A stretch of 64,000 bases of DNA from a virus: positions 1-64,000 of the IMG/VR virus record IMGVR_UViG_3300037307_000191, one strand, 5' to 3'. The notes under the pieces were generated by a model. That model had not been told where the DNA came from, made no database searches, and saw only the letters and a program-made list of their open reading frames with translations. How positions within the stretch are numbered: position 1 is the first letter of the stretch; every line of letters begins with the position of its first letter. A program made the position numbers and the translations under genes. Below are positions 1 to 10,079 of the stretch, in pieces.

Positions 1-3000
1 TCAATCTGAATTTGAGAGTTGCCATTGAAGTAGGCTACCATCCTGTCTTGTTTCTTAATTTCATTCAGAGTGATTAACTCATCGGTTATCACGACATTCT
101 TATTGATATGCATGGTAGAGTTTGGGACTAAGTCTATGCAATCGAATGAGTTGTTTGGAATAGTCTCAGTTTGCAGTGTAAGGTTACGCTTCACTCCATC
201 ACCCTGACTAATCACAAGATCATCAATGTATCCCTTAAAGCCATTCGTACCATCGCCACCTATGAGCAATGAAGTTGGAGTTACGAAATAGTAATAATCC
301 CCGCTGTCTTTATATGGGGATGTTGGTAGAGTGAATGATTTGGAGTAATGACACGATCTACTAACCCTTAACTCGTCGATGTAACCGTTGAAAAACTTAG
401 CGTTCCCACCCGATGTTTCTTGGCAACCAATTCTCATAACTGGAGAGCCTGCACCGAATGATGCAGGCATATTTTGAGATGCTATCAGCACGCCATCCAA
501 AAACATCCTAACAATCGAGTTTTCTCTGGTGACTGCAAAGTGGTACCAAGTGTTTTTTGAGAGCGCAGCAGGAAAGGTATAACTGATCATCTCGGCATCG
601 GCCGCATACTCATTTGATAACCAACATTTTGTTCCCGTTGTGGTTGCATTTCCGCTCAAGACAAGTTTCAAGTAGCCTACAATATACACGAGTCCTGCTT
701 CTCTTATTCCATTAGTTGAAACAGCCGAATCGCCCTCTATGTTGAACCAGAACTCTATAGTGAAGTTACCTGTATCGAATCCGAAGTCTGATGAAGATGC
801 ACTCGAAATATAATCGCCATTACCGTCAAAATAAGCACTAGCTCCCCCGAACTTGCTGTTGGCTGTCCTGATTCTCGCATTGCCGGTGGCAGTGTAGGAC
901 TTAGGTATTGAACCGTTATCGGTGAACGTCGTGGATCCATCAGCACCATTAAAATGGAGTTGCGATACATCATAGAATCTCGTTTGGGCTCTTCCTCTAT
1001 CGAGAGAACAAGAGCCATAACACACTCCATCGACAAAGACACTGAAGTGCGTTGCTTTCTTCTGTACCTGAAGATGCTTAAACGAAGTAGAGAAGTCTGT
1101 CTTTGTCAACGACGTGGTTACCCATTCATTGAGAGGATCGCCTATGTTTACCATCAACTTATGACTGTCAGAGACTCCGCCAAACTTGATGTTGATTTGT
1201 CTGACTGATTCAGAATCGACTTGCTTAAATACAACTTGCTCTCCGCCTGAGGTCTCTGTTGTCTTGATCCACATCTCTATGAGAAAGTCTTTGTCAAAAT
1301 GCTTGAAGTTACTGAGTGGACTTATCGTGATGTAGTCGCTAGAGCCTGTAAAGTATGCACTGCTTGCACCGAACTTCTTGTCAGAGGTTGAGATTACGGC
1401 ATTGCCATTTATTGTATAGGTGTGACCTACAGAGTCAAAAAAGCCACTCTCGTTGAACGATGACTTGAGTAGTGGAGTCTTAGAGAACGTGGTGAGAGCA
1501 TAGCCCTTGTTAGAATACGAGCTGTCTGGACTCTGGATATAGCGCATTACAAAGTCTTGGAGATAGCCTTGATAGAATTCTGCGGTAGTATAATAACATC
1601 CCAGATAACAAGTTCTTCCATTCGCTGGCGGATATGGCAACTCCGTCAATCCTCCGGTAGTATCGTAAACACCATTGAGGTAGAGCACAACCGAATACCC
1701 TATTTTCTGAATCTTGACATGCGTCCAGGTGTTGGCTGTGATTGAGGTAGACGATACTACAGACATTGCTGTGGTTGGTGATGAAGCCTTGGCTAAGAAA
1801 ACTCCGAGTTTTGACGCAGATGTGATTTGAATACCATGACTGAAGTGAACACTTGCCGAACCATCCACCGATAGAATATCTCTATTAGACCCTCCTACGG
1901 AAGTAGGATACATCCAGAACTCGATAACCCAGTCTCTCTGGAAGTTGAGTAATAAAGAGTTAGGCTGGGTTGATATTGGAATGAATGTAATCCTAGAAGA
2001 GGTTCCATTGAAGTACGCTGGGAAGCCGTTACGAGGTAATCTAGCAACGGTACTTGAATATGTCATGTTGGTTGCAGTTGTAGGATACGCCATTAGACCG
2101 ATATCAGGGTATGACGGTGAAGCGTTCCCATTGATACCCGTCAGAGGAAAGTGAAGAACCTCATAGTCTGCACTTGGATTTCCAGAGAACGCGGGCAATG
2201 GCTGAGATGGAGGCGTAAACGCTGCGGTGTATCTCGCGTATCCTTTTGTCAATCTGAAATCGTCAATATAACCTTTGAAATAGCGAGTGCTATCGTTATC
2301 AGATTTTCCGATGTAGGGAGTCGTTGATGCGGTCCAGTTCGTTGTAAGTGAGTTTTCGTAACCCAGTTGTCCATTAACGAACACTCTAAGTGTGCCATTA
2401 GATCTACACCAAGCGACATGAGTCCAGGTGTCTGGAGATATTGCAATAGATGAAGTTGCTTGAGAAGTCCCATCCCATAGACAAGGAGCAAGATCGGAAT
2501 TCAGAAGGAATACAACGAAAGCAGGAGTAAAACTAAATCCACCAAAAATTAGATTGTCATAAGATGACCCGCCACCGGGAGCAGAGCCTATATGATACAC
2601 CCAACACTCGATAGTGAAGTCATTCGTTCCAAAAGTAAAGTCTGAGCTTGCAGGAGTAGTGATGTAGGATGTCATTCCATCGAAGTAGCCGCTTACTCCA
2701 CCCCACTTGTATTGAGAGGTAGATAGAGTTACTCCACCGTTTAGAGTCAGAGTATGACCTTTCTCGTCATAGATTGCTCTCGGTGTTCGATTCATGTGCA
2801 TCAAGAGAGATGTATTAGTCCAGTAAGAGTCTGTCTCGTTAGGCAAGACTTCTGTAGGTGCGGTGAAGTTGGCAATATAACGTGCAACGCCTTTGGTTAT
2901 TCTAACATCTTGTATGTAACCTGTTGCATAATTGACTGATGTTGACTTACCTCTTCCGATTCTAAACTCTCCAGTATCGTTTATATTATATGAGTCAGAG

Positions 3001-6000
3001 AATGAATAGGCCTCAGTTCCATTTAGAAACAGACGGTTTGTGGAACCTGAACGAGTCCAAGCAACATGATTCCAAGCATTGAGCGTTGGCGCTGTTGTCG
3101 AAATGTAATTCGTAGATCCCATATTAGCATAGAGGTAACCTGTGGTTACCCCTAGTCCGAAAAAGAATCCGTCGGATCCCGATGTTCCTTTAGATACAAT
3201 AACCCATTGCATCGTTGCAAATGTGGTTGGATATATCCACGCCTCAATCGTAAAATCACTTGTACCTAATGATAGATCTGTTGCGTGCGGGGTTGACAGA
3301 TAATCACCACTGCCATCAAAATAAGCGCAATCTCCACCAAACTTGCTGATGGTCGAAAAGACGAGGGTGGTGTTACCGTATGCCGTTATCGCATGTCCTT
3401 TCTCATCAAACCATTCAGTGATGCACAAATAGTTGTTGAATCGTAAGTGCATTCCTGAATAGAGTGAACCTAAGGTATCACCATCTCCATAGTCAAGATG
3501 AGACGCAGTAGGAGGAGTGAATGCGTCAACATAACGCGCTACGTTCTTAGTAATCCTTAAGTCATCTAGATAGCCTGAGTAACCGTACAGCCTATTAACG
3601 CTATCTCCACCAATAACCATCGGCAAGGTATTTTGAGCAGAGATAAAACTACATAAAGATCCATATCCCGTCCATCCTATGACTCCGTCTAAGAAGCCTT
3701 TCCAGGTATTGCCCATTCTAACAACAGCAAAATGGTGCCAGGTGTTAAGTGATACCGTTCCAAAGGTTTGATTAAGGAACATCTCCGTGTTCACTGCATT
3801 GGTCTTATAGGAAGTGAACTGAATACTTGTCCCGCTCAATCGAATCTCATAGGCTGGATACGGATAAGTCGTAGTATTGTCGGGTTTTCTGATGATGATT
3901 TGCGTGCCTGTTACGCTTTCGGGTCTAATCCATCCCTCTATCGTAAAGTCTCCAATAAAGTTGATGTCTTCTCTATGCGGAGTGGTGAGATAGCCCGTGC
4001 CTTTGAATCTTGCAGAGCGTCCACCAAACTTACTTTGAAGTGAGCTGATCTCTACATTCCCTATCGGGGTAAAGTCATGTAGTCTCATTGTGTCATTAAA
4101 CTGATTCATCTCGTCAAACGGAATCAATAGAGCAACGTTGCTCCAGTAGGTATCAGAAGAATCCGTTGGAAACGGCTCAGTTGGTACGGAGAAGTTGGTT
4201 GAGTATCTTGCAACACCCTTAGTCAATCTGAAGTTGTCTAAGTAGGCGTTCAATGGATACGATGAAGCATCTCTACAAACTCCAAACCACAGGGGTGCGG
4301 AATTGATGTAAATGGTGCCAGTCCACACGGTTGATGCCTCTAACGACCCATTTACCCAAAGTCCAAACGTGTTATCTGAGTTTCTCGTGACTGCGATATG
4401 GTACCATGTTCCAATCACAAGAGATGTCTGCGACTGTAGAGTTACTTCCCATCCTGTTGTGGAGCTATCTCCAATCCAAACCCCCATTTTATTAGGTGTG
4501 CCTGTTGTTTGAATTACAAAGCCAAAAGAGTTAAAAGAAGATCTCCAATCAATAAGGGTTTGATTAGCAGAACTATAGATATGTTTGTACCAAAGCTCTA
4601 TAGTAAATGGTCCCGTCGAAATATCATAGTCTGCATTATAAGTGACGGCTAATCTATCACCGCCAGAAGTCCCATCCCAGTAAGCGCATGTTCCATCGAA
4701 CTTACCACCAGAAGACAGTGAGACGTCTACGGTTAGTGTGATTGGGTGCGCTTTAAGATCGTTAGTCAATCCGAAGAACGGATTCTTTGCTGTGTCGTTA
4801 AACTGCATTATCAATGAAGTGTCTGCTAGATATGGATCGCCAGGATTTGCTTCCGCCGTGGGCGGGGTGAAGTCTCCAAAATATCGGCAGTCTTTTGTGA
4901 TGCGAATATTTGCCATCCAACCTACAAATGATCTCAAATAGCCAGTAAAGTTATCTGATCCAATCTTAAGCGGGAGTGTAGATGTAAATGATGCAACAGG
5001 AGTATTCTGTAAGACATCAATAGATTTGAGATGCTTCCCATCCAGATAGGCAGAAACAAAACTCATATTGCTCTCTTTACAGAGTGCTAAATGATGCCAT
5101 GTACCCTTTTCTATAGGAGCCAAGAACGTGTGAAACCAGTCGACGGTCGAGGTTTGATACTCTATCTCTATACCAGCTCCTGTATTCGTGCTTCCTGATA
5201 CACGAATAGCCATGCCATTCGTAAAGCTTCCTGAATTTGGCCAACCAAAAGCAATCAAGCATCCTGATCTAAAAGAACTTGACGATACGGGTGAGTTCTT
5301 GTCTATCTTGAACCAGAGCTCTATAGTGAATGCACTGAGTTGGTTGAATAGATCAAAGTACCTGTGATAAGGGATGGTGAGGAATGATGATCCATTGAAG
5401 TACAGTGCAGGATCACCAAACGGGCCCGCAGTGTAATCAAGTCTAGGGCCTTGTCCACCCATCGAATAGCAGTCACCTAAGATCTGATCATAAATTCGAG
5501 GACCTTTGGGAGTGATCTCAGGAATAGTCACTGGAGGAGTGAAGTTACTCGTGTAGCGAGATACTCCTCGAGTGATACGGATATCGTTGAGGTATCCTAG
5601 GAAATCATTCTGTCCTGATGAACTGGAGCCAATGCGAACACCTGATGTATTAGTTACCGGAGTGATCCAATAGAACGACAGAACAGACTCACCATTGATG
5701 TAAACAGTGAGAGTGTTGTTGACAGAGCATATCGCAAGGTGGAACCAAGTGTTTTGCGTGATAACGTTGTTCGGTGTGTAGTTATAGACAGCACCTGCTG
5801 AGCCGTCCCACACATAGAAGCGCCAGTTAGCGATTTCTAATCCTATGACCCAACTAACATTTCCAGCAGTGCTTCCTCTGAAATCGATGAGATCAACAGA
5901 GCCTGATGAGTTGCCTACCCTGAACCATCCCTCGACAGTGAAGTCTGCCCCCTGTAAGTTGAGTTCGCTAGAATAAGCAACACTCAAATAGTCATCAACA

Positions 6001-6284
6001 CCATCAAAGTACAGTGCCGGATACCCACTCCTAGTGACAGTCAAAGAGACGCTAGGGGTTCCGGATCTTGTAATCAGATTGCCGCAGTCCTCAGAGAAGA
6101 AGTAGTTCGCCTGAAATGGATCTACTCTAAAATTGAAGGTGACATACGGAGCAAATGAATCAAGAGCAGTTGATCTTTGATTAGTCAGATTGGTGTTGAG
6201 AACGACTGAGTTAGCAAGAAGATCATCGCCAGTTGATTTGGATTTGCCGAAGTTAAACAAATGAGTGATTTTATCTATAATCAT
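1..6284 (-). CDS. Giant multi-LamG (concanavalin A-like) tail fibre / receptor-binding protein, truncated by window edge (>2094 aa)
   Basis: ATG at 6284 overlaps the upstream TGA (ATGA). Starts MIIDKITHLFNFGKSK and is in the same frame at the window edge (..DRMVAYFNGNSQIQI). About 10 recurrences of AYFDG..DY / FT(I/V)E.W / WYH.A..R / GYIDD.RIT motifs. Missing from the ORF track, presumably because it runs off the edge without a stop. Confidence 0.85.
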   Translation of the reverse strand, partial: MIIDKITHLFNFGKSKSTGDDLLANSVVLNTNLTNQRSTALDSFAPYVTFNFRVDPFQANYFFSEDCGNLITRSGTPSVSLTVTRSGYPALYFDGVDDYLSVAYSSELNLQGADFTVEGWFRVGNSSGSVDLIDFRGSTAGNVSWVIGLEIANWRFYVWDGSAGAVYNYTPNNVITQNTWFHLAICSVNNTLTVYINGESVLSFYWITPVTNTSGVRIGSSSSGQNDFLGYLNDIRITRGVSRYTSNFTPPVTIPEITPKGPRIYDQILGDCYSMGGQGPRLDYTAGPFGDPALYFNGSSFLTIPYHRYFDLFNQLSAFTIELWFKIDKNSPVSSSSFRSGCLIAFGWPNSGSFTNGMAIRVSGSTNTGAGIEIEYQTSTVDWFHTFLAPIEKGTWHHLALCKESNMSFVSAYLDGKHLKSIDVLQNTPVASFTSTLPLKIGSDNFTGYLRSFVGWMANIRITKDCRYFGDFTPPTAEANPGDPYLADTSLIMQFNDTAKNPFFGLTNDLKAHPITLTVDVSLSSGGKFDGTCAYWDGTSGGDRLAVTYNADYDISTGPFTIELWYKHIYSSANQTLIDWRSSFNSFGFVIQTTGTPNKMGVWIGDSSTTGWEVTLQSQTSLVIGTWYHIAVTRNSDNTFGLWVNGSLEASTVWTGTIYINSAPLWFGVCRDASSYPLNAYLDNFRLTKGVARYSTNFSVPTEPFPTDSSDTYWSNVALLIPFDEMNQFNDTMRLHDFTPIGNVEISSLQSKFGGRSARFKGTGYLTTPHREDINFIGDFTIEGWIRPESVTGTQIIIRKPDNTTTYPYPAYEIRLSGTSIQFTSYKTNAVNTEMFLNQTFGTVSLNTWHHFAVVRMGNTWKGFLDGVIGWTGYGSLCSFISAQNTLPMVIGGDSVNRLYGYSGYLDDLRITKNVARYVDAFTPPTASHLDYGDGDTLGSLYSGMHLRFNNYLCITEWFDEKGHAITAYGNTTLVFSTISKFGGDCAYFDGSGDYLSTPHATDLSLGTSDFTIEAWIYPTTFATMQWVIVSKGTSGSDGFFFGLGVTTGYLYANMGSTNYISTTAPTLNAWNHVAWTRSGSTNRLFLNGTEAYSFSDSYNINDTGEFRIGRGKSTSVNYATGYIQDVRITKGVARYIANFTAPTEVLPNETDSYWTNTSLLMHMNRTPRAIYDEKGHTLTLNGGVTLSTSQYKWGGVSGYFDGMTSYITTPASSDFTFGTNDFTIECWVYHIGSAPGGGSSYDNLIFGGFSFTPAFVVFLLNSDLAPCLWDGTSQATSSIAISPDTWTHVAWCRSNGTLRVFVNGQLGYENSLTTNWTASTTPYIGKSDNDSTRYFKGYIDDFRLTKGYARYTAAFTPPSQPLPAFSGNPSADYEVLHFPLTGINGNASPSYPDIGLMAYPTTATNMTYSSTVARLPRNGFPAYFNGTSSRITFIPISTQPNSLLLNFQRDWVIEFWMYPTSVGGSNRDILSVDGSASVHFSHGIQITSASKLGVFLAKASSPTTAMSVVSSTSITANTWTHVKIQKIGYSVVLYLNGVYDTTGGLTELPYPPANGRTCYLGCYYTTAEFYQGYLQDFVMRYIQSPDSSYSNKGYALTTFSKTPLLKSSFNESGFFDSVGHTYTINGNAVISTSDKKFGASSAYFTGSSDYITISPLSNFKHFDKDFLIEMWIKTTETSGGEQVVFKQVDSESVRQINIKFGGVSDSHKLMVNIGDPLNEWVTTSLTKTDFSTSFKHLQVQKKATHFSVFVDGVCYGSCSLDRGRAQTRFYDVSQLHFNGADGSTTFTDNGSIPKSYTATGNARIRTANSKFGGASAYFDGNGDYISSASSSDFGFDTGNFTIEFWFNIEGDSAVSTNGIREAGLVYIVGYLKLVLSGNATTTGTKCWLSNEYAADAEMISYTFPAALSKNTWYHFAVTRENSIVRMFLDGVLIASQNMPASFGAGSPVMRIGCQETSGGNAKFFNGYIDELRVSRSCHYSKSFTLPTSPYKDSGDYYYFVTPTSLLIGGDGTNGFKGYIDDLVISQGDGVKRNLTLQTETIPNNSFDCIDLVPNSTMHINKNVVITDELITLNEIKKQDRMVAYFNGNSQIQI

Positions 6285-7552
6285 TGTAGTATATGTATGT
6301 TCCAATCTCTATCGAGAGTGAGAAGAATGAATCCATTGATAGCGTTCCAAGCGTACGTTGGAATGTAAGCAAAGCGCTCTCCATTGAGTGTAATCACTTC
6401 ACCAGGTTCATAAGTAGTCGTCAAGGATTGGAAATCATTGAGGGCAACAGCCATTCCAGGCATCTCTCCTCTAATACTATTGGTGTTGTTCTCATCGGAC
6501 ACAAGGAATGGTCTGTATAGAATCACTCTATTGGGGTAGATGTCAGGCTCTGCTATCGTGCTATTGGCTCCAATAACGGCATCGGATGTGACTGTTGTTG
6601 GGTAATTCAACAATCTAAATCTCTGCTGGGATACTGTGTGAGTTCTCTTGCTGTTTCGTGGGCAATAGTTGCCAGTGTAGTTGTATGAGCGCATCACACC
6701 ATGAGACACTGCAGTGATACCTGTGAGATCAATGTCTGCCGAAAGCAACGTCGCGCCCACATCTCCAGGCACATAGCTGTTGAGATCTCCAAAGAACATG
6801 AGCATTCTAGTTCTCTTATCATTGCCATATATAGTGTGGGATGAGAAGAAGAATTGATTAGAATTGCCAACAAGAACCCAAGAGATGTTGGCGGCATTGA
6901 GAGTAAGATAGACTCCTGCTTGGCTGAAAAAGAGTTTTCGAGAATTTACACCTCTTGTGAGAGCTGACTTCGGAGGGAAGGGATAAGTTCCATTGTCTTG
7001 AGAAGACGTCATGTACTCATACCCGCGGAAGTAGGTTGCCCCTATGTCATTGTAAGCGAGGTTATCCGAATCATCGACACGTAGAAAGTTTCTACGGCTC
7101 TGTGGATTCAAGCTCTGATACACGGCGATGTAGTTAGGAGCGTCACTAAAGGGCCTTGCCCATCCCAATGGAGCAACTTTCATAGTGATCGTTGCTCCTG
7201 TGATCGTCGTAGAAGTCAATCCAGAATCTGAAGCATCAAACTTGACTGTATCAGCATTAGGGATATCCGTTATGATCCACTCACCATTGATCGCCTCTTG
7301 ATCAGCTCCTGCAATCAAGATAACGGTGTGCACTTTGAGGTATCCATGAGCTGTAGATGTCGCTGTAGCTATACCCTGAGCGTCTATAGTCAGAGAGGAG
7401 AGAGTAACTTGCCCGAACCCATTGACCAAACAAGCATCGAATACGTCTATCGCTGTTCCTGGAGATAGCGATCGAGTAGGAGAACTGGTATGTGTTCGAA
7501 GTAGATCTACTGATCCTCCACTGAAGATTTTGGTTGGAACTGTATGTGCCAT
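6281..7552 (-). CDS. Virion tail/fibre-associated structural protein
   Basis: 423 aa. Motifs DACLVNGFG..GW..AVY.S..FLRVDD..W.LVG..FFGD, shared with the C-termini of 29706-31922 and 31935-33908. Confidence 0.6.
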   Translation of the reverse strand: MAHTVPTKIFSGGSVDLLRTHTSSPTRSLSPGTAIDVFDACLVNGFGQVTLSSLTIDAQGIATATSTAHGYLKVHTVILIAGADQEAINGEWIITDIPNADTVKFDASDSGLTSTTITGATITMKVAPLGWARPFSDAPNYIAVYQSLNPQSRRNFLRVDDSDNLAYNDIGATYFRGYEYMTSSQDNGTYPFPPKSALTRGVNSRKLFFSQAGVYLTLNAANISWVLVGNSNQFFFSSHTIYGNDKRTRMLMFFGDLNSYVPGDVGATLLSADIDLTGITAVSHGVMRSYNYTGNYCPRNSKRTHTVSQQRFRLLNYPTTVTSDAVIGANSTIAEPDIYPNRVILYRPFLVSDENNTNSIRGEMPGMAVALNDFQSLTTTYEPGEVITLNGERFAYIPTYAWNAINGFILLTLDRDWNIHILQ

Positions 7553-7556
7553 AGGT

Positions 7557-8298
7557 CTAGCCGGACAAAGAAATCTGTGGGAAGAGTCTCTTGACTCTGC
7601 AGTTTAGCTTCAAGCTCTTGGATATCAGTGAGTGCGTCTTGATAGATAGCTCGACCATTGAGAGTGATGCCGCTAGGCAATGTGAATCCATCGTACTTGA
7701 GCATGTTCTGACCCCATTGTCTCTTGATTAGAGCAGAGGTGTAATCTTTCAGCCAAGCATTGTTCCAGGTTTCACGGAATCGATTAGGATCACAGAAACG
7801 ATAAACTTCCAAGACTATGACCTCTCCGGGTTGATATTCAGCCATGTCAGAACGAATGTAGATCTGATTATGAGTTTGAGTGAAGTCAATGATCTTCTGT
7901 CTCTTGAAGAAGTCATAGACCAATCCAAGATAACTCATACTCACGGTATAGTTAACTAGACCTTCTCCCCAAATGATGATTTGAGTTCCAATGTTTTGCA
8001 TCACTGATTGATATTCAAGATTGACATCCGAATCTATTCCACCCACCGGAACGACTCGAAGAACACTGTAAACCCACTCATCAACTGGGATGACTCGTGT
8101 TGATATCTCATCAGCTGTTAGAATGTGATAGCAGAAATCTCGATAGCTTCCTTCGTGATGAAACTCCCAGAACATAGCAAGCGCATCATCAATGCGATCT
8201 TCAATCTGTTGAGGAGTGATATTGATCTGAATAACTGGTGCTCCAAGTTTTCTGAGTGCCCAGTTCTTAAGATCCTCTCTACAAGTGTTGGCAGGCAT
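7557..8298 (-). CDS. gp13: Neck protein gp13-like (ends FFVG* with +1 skip at CGG 7563-7561)
   Basis: LRKLGAPVIQIN, W.KDY..ALIKRQWGQN..KY.G..LP.G.TLNG motifs. TTT GTC [C] GGC TAG gives the family-typical PTDFFVG* end 4 nt before the next ATG. Confidence 0.9.
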
Positions 8299-8642
8299 TA
8301 GTCATCCCCTCGCATACTAGGTGGCAGTTGAGAGCGCACCATCTCACTTTCATAAGATCGTTTGCAATGATCCGGCTCCCAGAAGAAGATAGTGTTTATG
8401 ATCTTTTGCATCATTCCACACTGTTTGCAATCCTTGAGACTTCTACGATATGCTCGACTGCTGATACTCTCATCTGCCCAACCCTGAAAGTAGGTGTTGA
8501 CGAGTTGATCGTAAGCAATAAGCATTTGCAATCTCCACCAACGCTTTTCGGCATCACTCATCTTTACAATGAATGACACACCCACCATCACTAGAGTGAT
8601 TAGAGTTGGTAGAGATAGTATGAACAAGATGCCCGTTATCAT
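8298..8642 (-). CDS. Small membrane-anchored phage protein (DQLVNT..DESISSRAYR..HC family)
   Basis: 114 aa with N-terminal hydrophobic helix; abuts gp13. Confidence 0.6.
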   Translation of the reverse strand: MITGILFILSLPTLITLVMVGVSFIVKMSDAEKRWWRLQMLIAYDQLVNTYFQGWADESISSRAYRRSLKDCKQCGMMQKIINTIFFWEPDHCKRSYESEMVRSQLPPSMRGDD

Positions 8643-8651
8643 AGTCTATCC

Positions 8652-9836
8652 TTATGCGTGCGTGATTGCAGTAGAGATTTTCAAGTTACCTAGAGGAAGC
8701 ACAACCACTAGATAAGCCGTCTTGGTTCCAGTTTCTGTAATGTCAATATTGAACACTCCAGATGAGCTACAGATAAAGTGTGCTGCTTTGTTAGCAGCCA
8801 CTGGAATCAAGACACCTGTTGTTCCGATAGCCCAGCCACCACTGTGTGCTGTTCCAATGAGACTCAACCCATTGCTGTTGTCACTCAGATAGGCAAAGAC
8901 TCCTGTTGATATCGCCAAGTTATCTCCTGATCTGTCTTTGAGCTGCACTGTTACTCGTATCACATCTCCTGCTTCGGATCCAACTGTGAAGGTTGCATTG
9001 CCGATCAGCAGACTGTCAAAGACTTCATTGATAGCATGAACGACACTTGATTGAGAAGTTGTCTTAAGAGTGTTCAATGCACCCATCTCATTATCAAGCT
9101 CATTGATTGCGCCGACGAATGTGGATTTGGAATTAGTCGTAAGGGTAGAGAGAACGCCGTGCTCGCCATCCAATTCATTAACCGCATCGACCAAGTTGTC
9201 TTTGTCGGTTGTAGTCAAGTTGGAGATATTGCCGATCTCTCCATCGTGCTCATTGATGGCTTCAACAGCACTGGTCTTGGCTGTTGTTGTGAGGTTAGCA
9301 ATTGTACCTAGCTCAGTCTGCACTTCTGATATAGCTTCAACTAGATTGTCTTTGTCCGCTGTATTTAGAGAAGCCAGTGGCCCAATCTTGTCAACCAACT
9401 CATTGATCGCTCCAACGAATGTGGCTTTGTAGACTGTGGTCAGACTGCTGAGTGTTCCATGCTCTCCATCCAATTCATTCACTGCACCTGATAGAGTCTG
9501 AGCTGTCGTTGTAAGAGTAGCCGGCCCTATCTTAGTTTGGTGCTCATTGATAGCAGCAACGAATGTGTTTTTGGCTGTTGTCGTAAGAGTAGTTAGATCA
9601 CCATGTTCTCCATCGAGTTCATCAATAGCTCCAACAATCGTTGATTTAACGGTCGTGGTAAGTGAACTTAGAAGCCCAATGTTACTGATGACTTTGTTGA
9701 TTGCCTCAACAAAGGTGTCACGATCTGCTGCAGCTACTTGAACGAGTTCTAGATCACCTATCAGTGTTGCAATGAGATTGGTCTTACTTCTCCACTGATG
9801 AAAGTAGTCGTATGGTAGTATTTGAGGTATAGCCAT
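8652..9836 (-). CDS. Fibritin/neck-whisker-like repeat protein
   Basis: F.QWR.KTN N-terminus, then ~10 repeats of L.TT.K...V.AINEL/HD.E.G; lies upstream of gp13 like T4 wac. Confidence 0.65.
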   Translation of the reverse strand: MAIPQILPYDYFHQWRSKTNLIATLIGDLELVQVAAADRDTFVEAINKVISNIGLLSSLTTTVKSTIVGAIDELDGEHGDLTTLTTTAKNTFVAAINEHQTKIGPATLTTTAQTLSGAVNELDGEHGTLSSLTTVYKATFVGAINELVDKIGPLASLNTADKDNLVEAISEVQTELGTIANLTTTAKTSAVEAINEHDGEIGNISNLTTTDKDNLVDAVNELDGEHGVLSTLTTNSKSTFVGAINELDNEMGALNTLKTTSQSSVVHAINEVFDSLLIGNATFTVGSEAGDVIRVTVQLKDRSGDNLAISTGVFAYLSDNSNGLSLIGTAHSGGWAIGTTGVLIPVAANKAAHFICSSSGVFNIDITETGTKTAYLVVVLPLGNLKISTAITHA

Positions 9837-9854
9837 GAGTGTTTGCCCTGTATG

Positions 9855-10067
9855 TTAGGTGGTTTCCGTTGAGTTCTTTCCTTGAAGAATGTCAAGAATC
9901 GTTTGAATATTGGCTTCTAACCCAGCGACTCGTTCTTCAAGTGTTCCGAGTTTCTTGTTCGTTTGCTTTCTCAGTAAGGCAGCTCTATACTTTTGTTCAT
10001 TGACGTTGACAATGAAAGCTTTGTCAACTTTAACGAGATCAGGATAATCTTGTACTTTCTCTTCCAT
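9855..10067 (-). CDS. Small coiled-coil hypothetical protein
   Basis: 70 aa, AGGAG RBS, between the DUF4815-like and fibritin-like genes. Confidence 0.65.
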   Translation of the reverse strand: MEEKVQDYPDLVKVDKAFIVNVNEQKYRAALLRKQTNKKLGTLEERVAGLEANIQTILDILQGKNSTETT

Positions 10068-10079
10068 TGTCTTCTCCTG

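Noticed and set aside
1-6280. Apparent 6 kb gene desert or stop-recoded region in the ORF track
   Set aside because: It reads as a single - strand frame that runs off the window; the small listed ORFs are shadows.
8652-9836. CRISPR-like periodic repeats
   Set aside because: The periodicity is a degenerate protein repeat inside a CDS, with no identical DNA repeats or spacers.
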